A stretch of 64,000 nucleotides of DNA from Selaginella moellendorffii (lineage: Eukaryota > Plantae > Lycopodiophyta), in the NCBI RefSeq assembly GCF_000143415.4, contig NW_003314379.1:372001-436000 (forward strand), read 5' to 3'. Of this stretch, positions 38,610-51,362 are shown piece after piece (within the stretch, counting starts at the first letter, position 1; each line of letters begins with the position of its first letter). The notes below the pieces were generated by a model. The model searched no databases, had not been told where the DNA came from, and saw only the letters and a program-made list of their open reading frames with translations. The position numbers were made by a program, and so were the translations under genes.

Positions 38610-41600
38610 TCAGACTGTTATTTTTTGCCTCCAACGCCTATACAATAATCTTGGAATTTCATCACTCTCCACACTATCAGGATTTAAACCCAATAGTAAT
38701 GCCATCTCTTCTCTAATACGTCCACGCTCATGTTCAGTGGTCGAAGAACCCATCCGGTTGAGCAGATTATGGAGATGCGGATAGTGCTTGGCTAGACAAT
38801 ATACATGCCATAAATGATGACTGGTGTCTGTCCGATCAAATGGCTTCTGATATACCGTTCCATCTGCCATTTGGTTGATTTCTGCAGCCACCTCCTGGAC
38901 TAGCCGGTTCTCTATCACCATCGCTTCAAGCCGTTTTGCAAGGTCCCCCAGAACATACGGTTTCTTCTCCCTAGTTTCCATACTGCAAGAGATGGGGTGC
39001 ACTGCATATGTGTGCGTGTTCGCTGCAGTTTTAATCGGCGAGTCATCGATGATGAGGATTTCACTTGACCTAGCAGTCCGGTTCATCACTACAGCCTCTG
39101 CCTTGACGAAGATGGGCTTGCTACCCCTCACATGGACCATAGTCAAGCAATCCTCCTGCGTTAGGAGAAAGTCAAATGGTAATATTACTCGCGTCTGATC
39201 GTGCATCATCTGTAGCAATATTAATGCATTGTGGCGCATCATGGATGTCCAAACTCCCAATTGCAAATTGAACCCGGCCCTCTGTTTTAAGTGTCGCATG
39301 GTCATTATTAGATCCCGCAGTTTCTCCCGTGTGATTAATGTGAATCTGTCTCTTTTGACCAACTTGCGACCGCAGGCTTTGGAGGGTGCAGTGACATTCG
39401 AGGACGAGCCACGCTCATGGGAGAAAAGGACACCGTTCAGATCAAAAACGATACAGTACTTTCGCCGTGACTCTGAAATGAAATGCGTTAGCATAAAAAA
39501 TGGTACAAGTTAATTTTACCATCTACAATATTAGCGAATGGTGCTCCCGATGGTCGTTCAGAGGGTTTTGGTCGAGGAAACGTGAAGGGTGGAAATACTC
39601 TCCTCTGCAATGTGGGGTCAATCGCATCCGATGGCGTGTGGGCACATGCCATTTCAGCTGTAGACTCTGGTACAACTGGCTCAACAGTGGCATGGGGTGG
39701 TTCCGATGGCGTGTGATCACACGCCATTTCAGCTGGTGCCTCCGTTGGCAAAGTGGACATGACCGAACAGGCAGCAGGGGCGGTGTAGGGAGGTTCCAAC
39801 GGCGCGTAGTCAGACGATTGGGCACACGTTGGAAATGAGGATACGACCGGCTCGGCGGCTGGGGCGGCCTCATGCGGGTCCAATGGCGCCTGGTCACCGT
39901 CAGTTGGATACGTGGACAAGATTGACTTAGTGGTATGGGCAGCATCAAGTGGAGCGTGGTCAACTTGCTTGGCGTTGATATGGATAGTAGCCTCCACCAG
40001 CTCTGATGACTCTTGCAGGCAAGTAGAGTCCACTGGCGGATCCATATGCATGTCCAAATATCTCCCTTCGATTGAGATGGTATCCTCCCGTGCTACTAAA
40101 AACAAACTCATTAGCACATTGAATCGACTATACTGTATTTACCATCAACTGCTATTGAGGAACTAGGACCGATATCACTTGGGCGCACTGCTGATTCTGA
40201 AGGATTGGACATACGTTTCGACCCTTGCTTGGCACTATCCTTCCTCGACACTAAAGGCTAGAGTTTGTATCTTAATTCAACTGAATAATCTCTACTTACC
40301 ATTTCTTCTGCGACCTACATGGACAATGTTAGAAATGGTAAAAGGTTAGGAATGGATGTACTATTATTTACCTGATGGTTTGTCTTGTATGACCTTCCTC
40401 CGCTGCTCTTTGGCCACCTCAGGCTGGCCATCATCGTCATCATCGTCATCATCGTTATTGTGATCGTCACCATTGTGAGGACCATCCAAGTCCTCTTCGT
40501 CCTCCTCTTCTTCGTCCTCCTCTTCTTCGTCCTCCTCTTCGTCCTTCTGCTCTTCCTGTTCATTATCTTTCTCTGGCTCCTCATCCCCCTCTTGCATTTC
40601 TTCCATAGGTTGCTCAGGCTAGATTGCTTGTTTTTCCAGGACCATCTTGGAAAAATCATCTGGCCGAGTCTCCATCTCAAAATACAAGACATCCATAGCC
40701 TGTTTTAGTGCGTGACCTAGGACCGTATCCTCACCCGACTGTCTTAACATGGTTTCTGCACGTTCTTGCACCCTTCGAAGACGACGAGATGAGAAAAACG
40801 TGGCCCTGACTTGAAAAGCATCCCTCATCCATTGTACCTCTCCATTGAGATTGGGGAAGGGGAGTCCGCCATAGGAATCTGAGTCAGAAGGTGGTGACTG
40901 GCTCCTTTCACTCAGCCCTTGATCTGCAATGAATGGCATGAGCACACACGCCATAACCGCGAGGCATTACCTATCATCTTTTCGTTGCCCTTCTTCCTTT
41001 TCGAATCAAACGCCTCTGATCCCGACGACTGTCCAACGTGCTTTCGCTTTTTATGACCACTGTCAGTTTGAGCTTGGCTGGTGCTTGCCTGTTTTGCCTT
41101 TGAAGAAGTGTCTCCTCCAAGGAATGGCATGAGACCACACGCCATTGCAAATATAATTTGTACCTCCTTTTTTCCTATTGCTTGTCTGTTTGTCCTTCTT
41201 CGACGCGCCACCAGTGCGCTTTTCAGTCCTCGTGTCTGAATATTCACAACGATCTATAATCAAAATGGCGTGAGGCCTCACGTGACCTTACCTTGTGCAG
41301 GTTGTGACCTCGGCCTAACATCAGTAGCTGTTAACGCCGTTTCAGCATCTGGGGGTGGCCACGCTCCTGCATACAGAGCTTGTGAGATAACATTTAAACT
41401 TAAAGTGCGTACTCACCAGGTTCGTAGAGAAGATACTGTTTTTCTTTGGCAACTGTAATTATATGCTCCATTGAAGTCACCTCTTCAATGGAGTTTGTCA
41501 CCGCAACACACGGGACACCCTTGAGTAGTGCGGCTCGAAAGAATAGTCCGCCGCAGTTGTACTCGACAACGCATTTGCCCTTGGAGTCACCCGCTATTGC

Positions 41601-44338
41601 GTTGAAGACCCAGCTGAGCATTTCCCATGCTGCACCTGGAGCTTTCTTTGGATTCAAAAGCTCCATAGCCGTCTTCAGTTCCTCAGGCACGGGTAAATTG
41701 ACCTCCCTCAGATCAATTCGATCGGCTTTGTTGAACGAAGCTGGGAAGTCACTCCAGTCCCACTCTGCTGCAGGACCAATAACAAGGGCGACTGTGAAGA
41801 TGCGGACATTCGTCGGTATCTTCTTCTTAGCCATTATCCCATGGATCTCCCGCATCTCCTTGCCTTTCAACCGAGCCTTCACCTCGTTCAAGGCCTTCCA
41901 GAACTTGTGATAGGATTCGGAGTCGTAGATCATATAGTGGACTGAAGATTCCACCTCCGCAAGTCCCACCATTAAGTCAATGATGGAGCTGACTTCGTCT
42001 GCATGAGTGATCTCCTCGTTTGTGAAGTCCATCACACAAAAGATGTTCTTGACCTGCTCATCTCCGCGGGAAACGATGCTCCTCCACCTTTGATCCTCAT
42101 CCGAATTCACGTATACCCGGTAAGGTTCTCGATAGGCCTCTGCTGCGGGGTCGAGCTGTTTCTGAAGCCGGCGGTCGACATCCCTCTTAATGAAATTTGG
42201 ATACTGATCCAACTTCTCAGCTTTACTTTTCGTGGCATCCCGCAGCAGATCGATGAACTTGGGGGCCCCCTTCACGTACTCGTCGATGTCTTCATTTGAC
42301 AAGTCCAGCTCTTCCATCATCTCTTGCGTGGTGTCGATGCTCACCCTCGCCACGGCCACTTGCTCGAAGATCCAATCCTTCAATAGCGCACGAGCTCTCA
42401 GAGTCGTGCACAAGTCCTCGTATGGCACAATATGGCCGGGAGTCATTTTGGTCTTGTTGAAGACTACCTCACCAAGTAGAAGAGCATTAGCCACTGTCAG
42501 AAGGTCGTCGTCGTCTAGAGACCGCGAGAAACGCAAGGCGTTGAGCTTCAAATCATTGGGCTTCCGGCCGTCCTCCACACCCATTGAGTTTAGCAACTCC
42601 CCGTCATGGTACCTCCTTAGCACATCTACCCATTTGTCAAAAACAACTTTTGTCGCGAGTAGAATGTTATGGATGCTGAGTGTGTCATTGACCCCCAGTG
42701 TTTTCGAGAGAAGACTCGAGAATTCCTGCAATGGAAATGGCGTGAGGCCATATGCTATGCCACATGCAACGAGGCTTACCTGCCAGGCGCTAGTTGCTAG
42801 TGCACGTCCTTGTCTTGGTTTTTGTGGCTTCTTCAGTTGAACCCAGAGCTTCCGTGTTCGTGCCAATGTCTCGTGCAGACCCGATTTGTAGCACGTTTCT
42901 TGCTTGACATTCTGCGCGTGGGAGATGTATATGATAGATCGGAGGGGCGAGTTGCCTTTTATCAGGCGGACAACTCTTGTCTTGAAGACTTTCTTCACCT
43001 CCTCGCCCACCATAATATCCACAACTATCTGTTGCATCGCCAAGCTAGAATGCTGCCCGGAGACGGCATAGAACCGGATGTTCTGATCGTCCAACACCTT
43101 CCTATTGATCAAGTCTGGAAACCTCGTCTCGCCCTTCATTGTTCGGTAGTAGGGGATCACGTCTGCGATGTCGGGTGTTACTGGACTTGCCAGCATCTTC
43201 TGCTTCAGTTTCTCCACCCACTCATCAGATACTAGCCTGTGGTTGTATTTGCTTTGGATCTCGATACGGCTCACGTCGATTGTATATACTTTGTTGGAAT
43301 AGTAACAAGTACTATTATCTGCGACGATTTTTGCTGCCTCTTCTTGCTCTTTCTGCTCTTTGCGGCTCTTCTTTTTGGTGGGTGTAGTGTTCGAACCCGA
43401 GGCAATGGCATCACCGAGTAGCTTCTTTTTTGGAGCAGCAGAGTCGGACGTCGGCTTGAGCTTGACCACCCTTTTCTGCTTCGGGGTAGTTTCCAGATCG
43501 ACCCCCTTCCCCTTCGCTTCGCAAACTGGAGGCACTCTCAACGGCTCAATGTTGGAATATAGTTTTTGAACATCGCCGTAGGTGAGGTCCGTGGATTCCA
43601 TGTGATCTTCATAGACCCGCAGCGTCTTTGAAATTGTGGGCCTCCTGGACAACCTCTCCCTAGCTCCCTCTAGGAATTCCTGATAGCCGCTGCCCCCCTC
43701 CGGGAAGCCGCTAGGATGTGCAAGGTGGATCTTGAAGGCGGACGCTGTCTCTACCACAAGTGCCAGTCCATATTCTTGCATGGAACTGCATGGAGTGTCT
43801 GTCACTTGGATGAGGATCCCCATGCATTCTTTTCTCCCACCATCTGTGTTGTACAGCATCAGATCCTCGCCTTCCATCCCGAAAGTCCAACTGGTGAGCT
43901 CCTCCCCCTTCTCTGCATCCACATTGACAGTGGCTGGAAGAAGAACGCAATTCCTCGCCTGTTCAAAAATGCACAACAATTAGAGCTGACAGATGAAAAG
44001 CTAGCAGCTGGAAATAACGTGAGGCCACACGCCATTCACCACTGCATCAGATGTCTTGAGGCTGCATCCTAAGATGGCGTGAGGCTACACGCCATCTGTA
44101 ACCGGACTGCACTCGAGAGCCCAATCGGTGCATGCCAATGTTGCTACTGAATGGCATGTGGCCTCATGCCATTTTCTACTTCGTCTAAAAGACTTACCAT
44201 TTGAAGCCGAATGGAGGCCGTGACAATCGAGGCCGGACTCGCTGGCGAATGTGCACTGTGTGTGCAGCGGATCGTAGCAGCAAGGCTACTCTGCCACTTA
44301 CAGTTGGAGAGTGGTGCTGAAATCTCCCGGGACGCCAA
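38610..44338 (-). CDS. Transposon-borne ~11-exon gene: ParB/Srx-like domain + degenerate amino-MTase-like fold + acidic linker + HAD/FCP1-like phosphatase (one in-frame TAG at 40,619-40,621)
   Basis: Phase-compatible GT-AG introns join ORFs 44144-44338, 41400-43979, 41063-41281, 40912-41247, 40619-40954, 40364-40606, 39488-40117 and 38610-39494 (e.g. introns 43,959-44,197; 42,726-42,779; 40,924-40,970; 39,473-39,519). Motifs: YTIDVSRI..NHRLV..VEKLKQKM..FYAVSGQH..A; CVVEYNCGG..RAALLKGVPCVAV; IVFDLNGVL..GVWTS..LIIDDSPIK. Confidence 0.75.
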
Positions 44339-45783
44339 GTGGGCTGCGTGTGGGTGGTGGAGTGGGCGGCGGAGTTGGCGGCGAAGTTACAAACTGGGTG
44401 TGTCTTGAAGTGGACGCCGATGCACACGAGCGCGATGCGAGCGCGAGTGTGATGCAAGCGCGAGTGGACGCCGATGCACACGAGAAACCTGTAGAGAAGT
44501 GAGCGTGATCGCGAGTGGGAGCGCGATGCGAGCGGGAGCGCGAGTGTGATGCGAGCGCGAGCGCGAGTACAAAGCAAAATGCAAAACCTAACCTCACACG
44601 CGCGAAATGTCACAACGGTTGGTAATCCCGCCACGTCATCATTCCTCGGACTTGGGCGCCACCATTAATTTCTGGATTGCCGCGCGCATGCAAGCACGCA
44701 AAATCCAAAAGAAATCCGCAACGTCATCATTCCTCGGACTGCATGCACGCGAAATCCAAAAGAAAGATCATGATTGGGATATCATTTAATACCCTCGCTA
44801 TATTTATACCATGCATGATTGGATATTCCAAAGCATCTTGTATTTCCAAAAATGGCAGATGTTCAGCTAAATAAAGAAATTCTATCTGTTTCTATTTTTC
44901 TCTCAAATCAATATTATAGCGTGTGGGCTCATGCAATTTTGAACCAAAGAAACCCAAAAAACGTTGGACCCAAAATATTTTGAAAAAACCCAAAAAACCC
45001 TAAACATTTTAAACCCAAAAATCCAGGCGTCCTGTGGCGTTATTCCTTGAATGGCGTGTGGGCGCATGCCATTTTCAGGGCCAAATGCTGAATGGAGAAA
45101 AATTCCCTTTCAGTGCAAATGCTGCAAGAGGCAGATGCCGAGCACAAAGGACTGTAACTACCTCACATGACACAGATAAATTTTTCTCTATTTGGCAAAG
45201 ATAAACTTTATAGCGTGTGGGCTCATGCAATTTTGAACCCAAAAAATGCACCAAAAAATTCTCGGCGTCATCTGGCATTATCTCTTGAATGGCGTGGGGC
45301 CGCATGCCATTTTCAGGGGCACATAGGAGTATATTCCTAGGATATTCTGACACGCGCGAGATTTTTTTGAGTTTTCTGGAGATCCAACCGTTAGATCGCA
45401 ACTAGATTTTACAGAATGGTATACAATGTCTTTCTTGATGACCCTGCAAAGAAGCATCTCAATCGGACACCACATGAGACCACACGAGCCTTACAATGTT
45501 TCAGGGGCATTTGCCATAGATCCGACCGTTATTTTGCTCCAAGATTTCACAGTTTGGTGTGCATTGACCTTTCCATCGAAACTGCAAAGGGACATCACAA
45601 TCAGATCCGGGATCACAAGAAACTAACTTCACTAACTCTGGTTTCACCAAGATCTACGTAAGGAGTTATGAAATGAAAGGACCCTCTCTATTGAAATGTG
45701 TTTATGGTCCTAGGGGCATTGTGACATATCAAAGGATTTTGCATCAAGTTCTGTATTTGCATGTTTATCAAGCTACTGAATTG

Positions 45784-45817
45784 CTAAACCCTAAACCCTA
45801 AACCCTAAACCCTAAAC
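45784..45817 (+). repeat. Interstitial plant telomere repeat, ~5 x CCCTAAA
   Basis: ctaaaccctaaaccctaaaccctaaaccctaaac. Confidence 0.9.
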
Positions 45818-47111
45818 ATGTGGCAAATGCTGCGTGAAGAAAGATGCCCTTTCTGGGCAAATGCTGTAAGAGGCAGATGCCGAGCAGATGTATCTCAGGC
45901 TAGCGAAGGGGACGAACGAAAGCTAGCTATAAACATGACGGGATGCAAATAGATTACTAGGCTGGTCCTACGAAAATCAAAAACCATAATTGAAAACATT
46001 GAAAATGCAAAAAGAAAGGTTTATAATATTTTTGAATTTTAGGCAACCAAAGGAATGTAAGTAGGGCATGTGTTTGTAAGTTTAAAAATGCCTCAACCAC
46101 TTAAATTCCCAAGTAAATAAAGCTGTTTCTATTTTTGGTACAGGTAAACTTTATAGCGTGTGGGTTCATGCAATTTTGAACCCAAAAATGCACCAAAAAA
46201 TGCTCGACTAGCATTATTCTTTGAATGGCGTGTGGCCTTATATTGCCATAAATGGACGTACACACACAGCGTAATTATTCCTTTACACGGCGAATAATCT
46301 TGGCGCGGATCGCTGACATGGCATGGCAAAGTTCGAATCACTGACATGGCACAGCTGGATCGAGGCAAGGACATGATGTGACAAAGTTCAACCTCCGACA
46401 GCAAAGTCTAGAAGCTACTCAGTTTGAAATTTGTCAGAGGAATCATAAGATCTGGTTTGTCAGAGGATTTGATGTGACGTTCAAGCGTGTGTTATTTTTG
46501 AATTCTCGAACTCATTCCTAGGTCTATCATTTTTGTGCGCCGTGTTCTTGGTTCCGCTGAGCGCAGTGAGCGCTGCTTGTGTAAGCGGCGTTGTGGGCTG
46601 TGGTTTATGCGTCTACGAGCGGTTGCGGCATTGCGAGCGCCATTGCGAGCGGCAGTTTATGCGAGTGGCAGTTTGTGCGAGTGGCGCTACGAGCAGTTGC
46701 GGTGTTGCGAGCGGCGCTACGAGTAGTTGCAGTGTTGCGAGCGGCACTGTCTTTGGTGTGGCTACCGCTTCCTCTTGATATTCGGCACTTGTGCTTCCTG
46801 GTATGTTCACCATGGAATGGCTTAGGACCACATTTAGAAATGGCATGAGGCCACATGCCATCTTGGGCCCTTGCAATTTCATGGCTAGCGTATTGTCATG
46901 TATGTTTTTACTTGCCTGCAGCTGTGTGTATATCAAGATGGCATGAGGCCTCATGCCAATTTTGTGAATGCGAAATTTCACGTGGGTGTCAATAGCATGT
47001 TTGAATAATGGCATGTGGCCTCATGCTATTGAGGTTGTTTGGTATGTTATGATTTAGGCCATTCTCCAATCATTTTTTGTATGGTCTTAACTTCTTTTCT
47101 GCACTTTCAGA

Positions 47112-50100
47112 ATGGCCTTCAGGGTTGGGGAAAAGGTTTACATTTTGAATGGTGGGAAGAGAGTTGCAAAAGGGACCCTTGTGTCTATGGATCGGAACTT
47201 TGTTATACACTGTGAAAGGCTTGGGGAAGGCAATGCTGCTGTATCAGTAGAGACTGTCTTCGATGGGAATGTGGTCGCTATTGAACGAGGAGAGATGGTC
47301 GTCGGGGTAAATGTTGTTGTTGCCTTGAAAAATCTTCAGAAGAAAGCAGATGTTGGGGACAGCGCAAGTGCGACGCATGTTCCCTCCGTGGATCTTAAGA
47401 ACCGTGCTACATGGATTTAGGCAAAAGTGTTTCTAAACAACCCCGAGGGGGAGGTGGTAGCTGAGGGCTTAGCCACAGTTGTCGATCCAAGAGATGCGGT
47501 TGCTAATCAAGAATTGGGCTGGGATGATATTGGAGTTGCGATTTTAAAGGTTGTTGACACAGAAGAAAACAGTCTGACTATTGGAAGCATTGTGCGGTGG
47601 AAATTGAGGCACTTAGTGTTTGAGAATGTGAAGGATTCACAATCAAACACCACTACAACTGATGATAGAACATCTCTTCATGGGAAAAGAAAGTACACCT
47701 TCCTAAAGCGCAGCCAAAGGGATCTGAGCAACGAACCGAAAAGGCAGAAAATGGCGATGGAGGTTCGAATGGTCTCGACAGTTGCTTGTTGCAAGAGGAG
47801 GTGCTGTCAACATGCTGATTGGGATGCTATTGAAGAGGAGAGAGCAAGATACAAGACATTGTCCTGGAAGGCAGCTCGCAATTTTGTGTATGAGGCATTA
47901 CGGTCATCTGTTGATGCTTCAGAACATCAGGTGGGGGGCATGGTCTTCCAGAGGGGTTTGGTCTGCATGAAGGCATGGAGAATCATTTATGGAGTCCCTC
48001 GAAGCACATTCTACAGAATCAAAACTGAGTTCGAGGAACAAAGGGTTCAACAGGCAGTCCATGGGAACGACGGTACGCACAAAACCAGGGGTCATGTTGT
48101 ATATGGAGAGGCAATCTTCAAGAGGTTTGTCGAGACATGTAGCGAGCAGCAACCACATAAAACCCGGCTCTTGGAAGATGGAACACGAGACACCCAACGA
48201 GTTCTCCCTTCCATGTATACCAAGGGGGCCATATTGGAAGATGTGAATCGGGAACTCCAGAGTAATGGCTACAGGAAGCTGAGCCAATCTAGATTTAGTA
48301 GATTGTGGAGCAACAGGTTCAGGGATGTGAGTATAGGAAAGTACTCCAGCTTTTCAAAGTGTGACGAGTGCACTGCTATCAAAATGGCTTTGTCGAAGAA
48401 TTCTTGCAGCGCTCAAGAGCGAGAGACGTTGGTTAGAAGGCGGCTCGACCACAACATCGAGCAGAGAAGCTGCAGGACTGCATATTATCATAACAGGATT
48501 CTCTCCATGGAGAGACCTGACTCTTACCTCTACATCATCCACGACAAAATGGACCAGAAAAAGACGTGCTTACCTCGACTCAATCCTGCCCCCAAGGCAA
48601 TCTCTTCATCCATGCAGCTGCCTGTGTCTCTGTTTGGCATAATCGCTCATGGGCATGGTGCCCAGAACTATGGGAACTTCTTTGTACCTCTATGGGGTGG
48701 CGGGGGTGCAAACATGATGATTGCGTCCCTAGCAAAACACTTAAGGTCTCTGCAAAGTGCGCAGACTGAGCTGAACGGCCAACCCTTGCATAAGGCCCTT
48801 GTCGATCGAACCCCATACAGGGTTCAGCTGGAGGAGGAGCAAAGGCTTGCAGTATCGCGTGGGGCCCCATGCCATCCCAGTGAATATGTTGGCCGTCAGA
48901 TTGTAGGGTTATCACGTGAGGCCTCATGCCATTCCGACGAGGCTGGTCGCCCGGTGAATGCACAGCCTCATCCAAACGAAGCAGAATCTCAAGGAAGTTC
49001 TTGCGGCTGATGTGGCCTTCCACCCCATCTTCTGCTCCAAACAGACAATGCTGGCAGTGAGAACAAAAACATGTACGTCTTCGCGTACTTGGCGATGCTT
49101 GTTGCCAAAGGCATATTTGAAACGGTTACACTTGGCTTTCTCATGGTTGGGCACACTCATGAAGACGTCGATGCCATGTTCAGTCACCTGGCAGAGTCCC
49201 TCCGGCGATCCAATGTCCTCACCCTCCCACAACTCTACGATGAATTCCAAAATTGCATCAAAGGCACTGTTGAAGCTGCACTTCTGACAGAGGTTCCAGA
49301 CTTTAAGGGGTTTGTAAGAGGCTACATCAGGGATGGATCCGAAACGCTGATTGGCCACTCCAAGCCTCTTCAGTTTCATTTCAGCATGTGTGACGGTGCT
49401 CCAGTGATGAGGTACAAGATGAGAGAATGGGACACAGTGTGGCTGCCAGTGGACGGCATTGAACTCTTCAAGAGAGATCCCATAACTGGGGAACCTATGA
49501 TTCCTCAGGGTTCCCCACGGCCGATGCACCCGGATGGACTCAAAGACCAGGAAAGTATAGTGGCCGGGATTAGACAGCATATTGCCTTCTGGAAGAGGGG
49601 GTTGGTGTTTGGTGGAGAATCCTATTTTCAGAGGTGCAAGCCTTTGCTCGAATACTGGGAGAAGATTATATCTGCTATCCAAAATGGGCCGGTTGTATAT
49701 GAAGAATTGGAAGAGTCCTTTTGGCCAGAACCCAGAGCACCAGATAGTAGCGGAACAATGTCCTCTGGAAATGCAGTGACAGATAACGATGTTGAGGATC
49801 ACTATTGTGGGCCGAGGAACAAGAAGCCGGATTCAGCATTCAATCCAGTACAGGTCTGCAAAGGAATGGTCGTGCTTGTCAGACCCAGTAATAAAAAACA
49901 AATGATATGGGTGGGGCGCTGCATCACTGATGCAGAGGAGGACGCGGAAACTAACTCCTTCAATGTAACTGTGGAGTGGTTCAAGCCAAGTTCCGGATAT
50001 ACGAAGGATTGCCTAGAAAAGAGATGGGTGCTGAATCCAAGGGATCCCAGCATGAGCATATCGGTGGATAATGTTGTGCATGGTTGGATGCGGAAGCAGA

Positions 50101-50180
50101 GTGCCACCATCACCTTGCCAGACCATGCAAGAGATGCAGCAAGAGCATTCATAACTCGGGTTCAAGGTGAGATTCATTAA
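47112..50180 (+). pseudogene. Sola1-like DDD transposase (~1,020 codons in one frame, two in-frame stops)
   Basis: ORFs 47112-47420, 47427-49010 and 49071-50180 share one frame, separated only by TAG (47,418) and TGA (49,008). Motifs CCKRRCC, CMKAW..YGV, FSKCDEC, IIHDKMDQKK, LPPHLLLQTDNAGSENKN, GFLMVGHTHEDVDAMFS. Confidence 0.82.
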
Positions 50181-50468
50181 TATTCCTTTACAAAGTTTCT
50201 AATGTATTTTTTTTCAAGGTGAACAATCTGAATCTGAATCAGAGGAGGCTTGATATAGTGTGTGAGGTAAAACAAAGATGATGTGACATATGCATTTACC
50301 AATCACACGTGCATAAATCTAATAATATGGCGTGTGGCCCATATTAATGGCACATAAACCCATATTGTGGGCTTACGTGCTTTATGTACCATCATTCCCT
50401 TGCAGCGTGTGTGTTGGTTTCCTTTTATAACACAACGAACTCCATATTTTAGGGTGAAGAGCGTTCTC

Positions 50469-50726
50469 ATGGCAAGCACAAAATCTGTAAGTGAGGCAGA
50501 AAAGGAGACGGAGAAGGAGATAGGTGAAGATGTAGAATATATAAGTCTTCCAAACTCCCCGTACTATACTCCAGGTGATCATTTTTCTGAACAAATGGCA
50601 ACATTAACAACTATCGAGAACGCCCCAGTAACGTCAGAGACAACAATCCAAAGCAAAACAACTGACCCGGAGAAGGATGATAGTACTGCCGAGAGTACCA
50701 AAAAGGAGGTGTCCACTAGCGCTTAG
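50469..50726 (+). CDS. Small hypothetical protein (85 aa) of the transposon
   Basis: Homologous at peptide level to 56,549-56,797 (SLPNSPYYTPG..NAPVTSETTIQSK..ESTKK). Confidence 0.55.
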   Translation: MASTKSVSEAEKETEKEIGEDVEYISLPNSPYYTPGDHFSEQMATLTTIENAPVTSETTIQSKTTDPEKDDSTAESTKKEVSTSA

Positions 50727-51362
50727 GCTTATAATGGCGTGTGCCCTCATGCCATTTACTTGATCACCAAATACCTTTTTCCCTTTGCACTAGTATATCT
50801 TAATACCGGTCTGAGAAATAGAATGGCATGTGCCCTCAGGCCTTTTACTAAATCACCTTTGAAAGAAATGCAAGCCTCTATGTCGTAAAAAAAAGGTACT
50901 AGAGAAATTCCTTAATAATATGAATGTTATTTAGTTTCATGAAAATACACTAAGGGTCAAATGAGTTAAATGACTTCTCCAGACTAGCAATGCCTCTTGC
51001 TACACCTTCACAATTAGATTCGTTAGAAAAAGATAACATTGAATAATATCTAAATGTTCTCACCATTAAGTTATATGTCTGGCTAATAGGAATGATGTTC
51101 ATCTTGGAAAGCTCACCACACGCTCAATGAACAAACAAATAGTGTGTGCGCGCATGCCATCGCTCTTCTTTAGCTTCAGATTCGGCTTGTTCACCTTGAC
51201 AATGAGATTTATTATACAACTAGATGGACTCAGTCTGGACATAAGGTCACCGCGCTAGTCACCATGCCCCAGATATGTCTAGCCCCTGGACAAAAAACAT
51301 ATAATTTCACGTCATTTTCAAATACTTGAAAATTTGTACCTAGTCCCATTTTACTGAATAAA

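Larger units (their letters stand above)
38272..51161. repeat. Dispersed 24-bp palindrome AATGGCRTGWGGCCWCAYGCCATT, ~25 copies
   Basis: Copies start at ~38272, 38553, 39630, 39705, 40932, 41123, 41264, 42736, 44013, 44073, 44150, 44915, 45050, 45209, 45288, 46152, 46224, 46839, 46937, 47007, 48853, 48910, 50326, 50733, 50822 and 51138. Confidence 0.93.

Noticed and set aside
48924-49802. 292-aa antisense ORF
   Set aside because: Shadow of the transposase; no recognisable motifs
38272-51161. CRISPR-like array (palindromic 24-bp repeats)
   Set aside because: Spacing is irregular (tens of bp to kb), copies are degenerate and intronic, there are no cas genes and the context is eukaryotic
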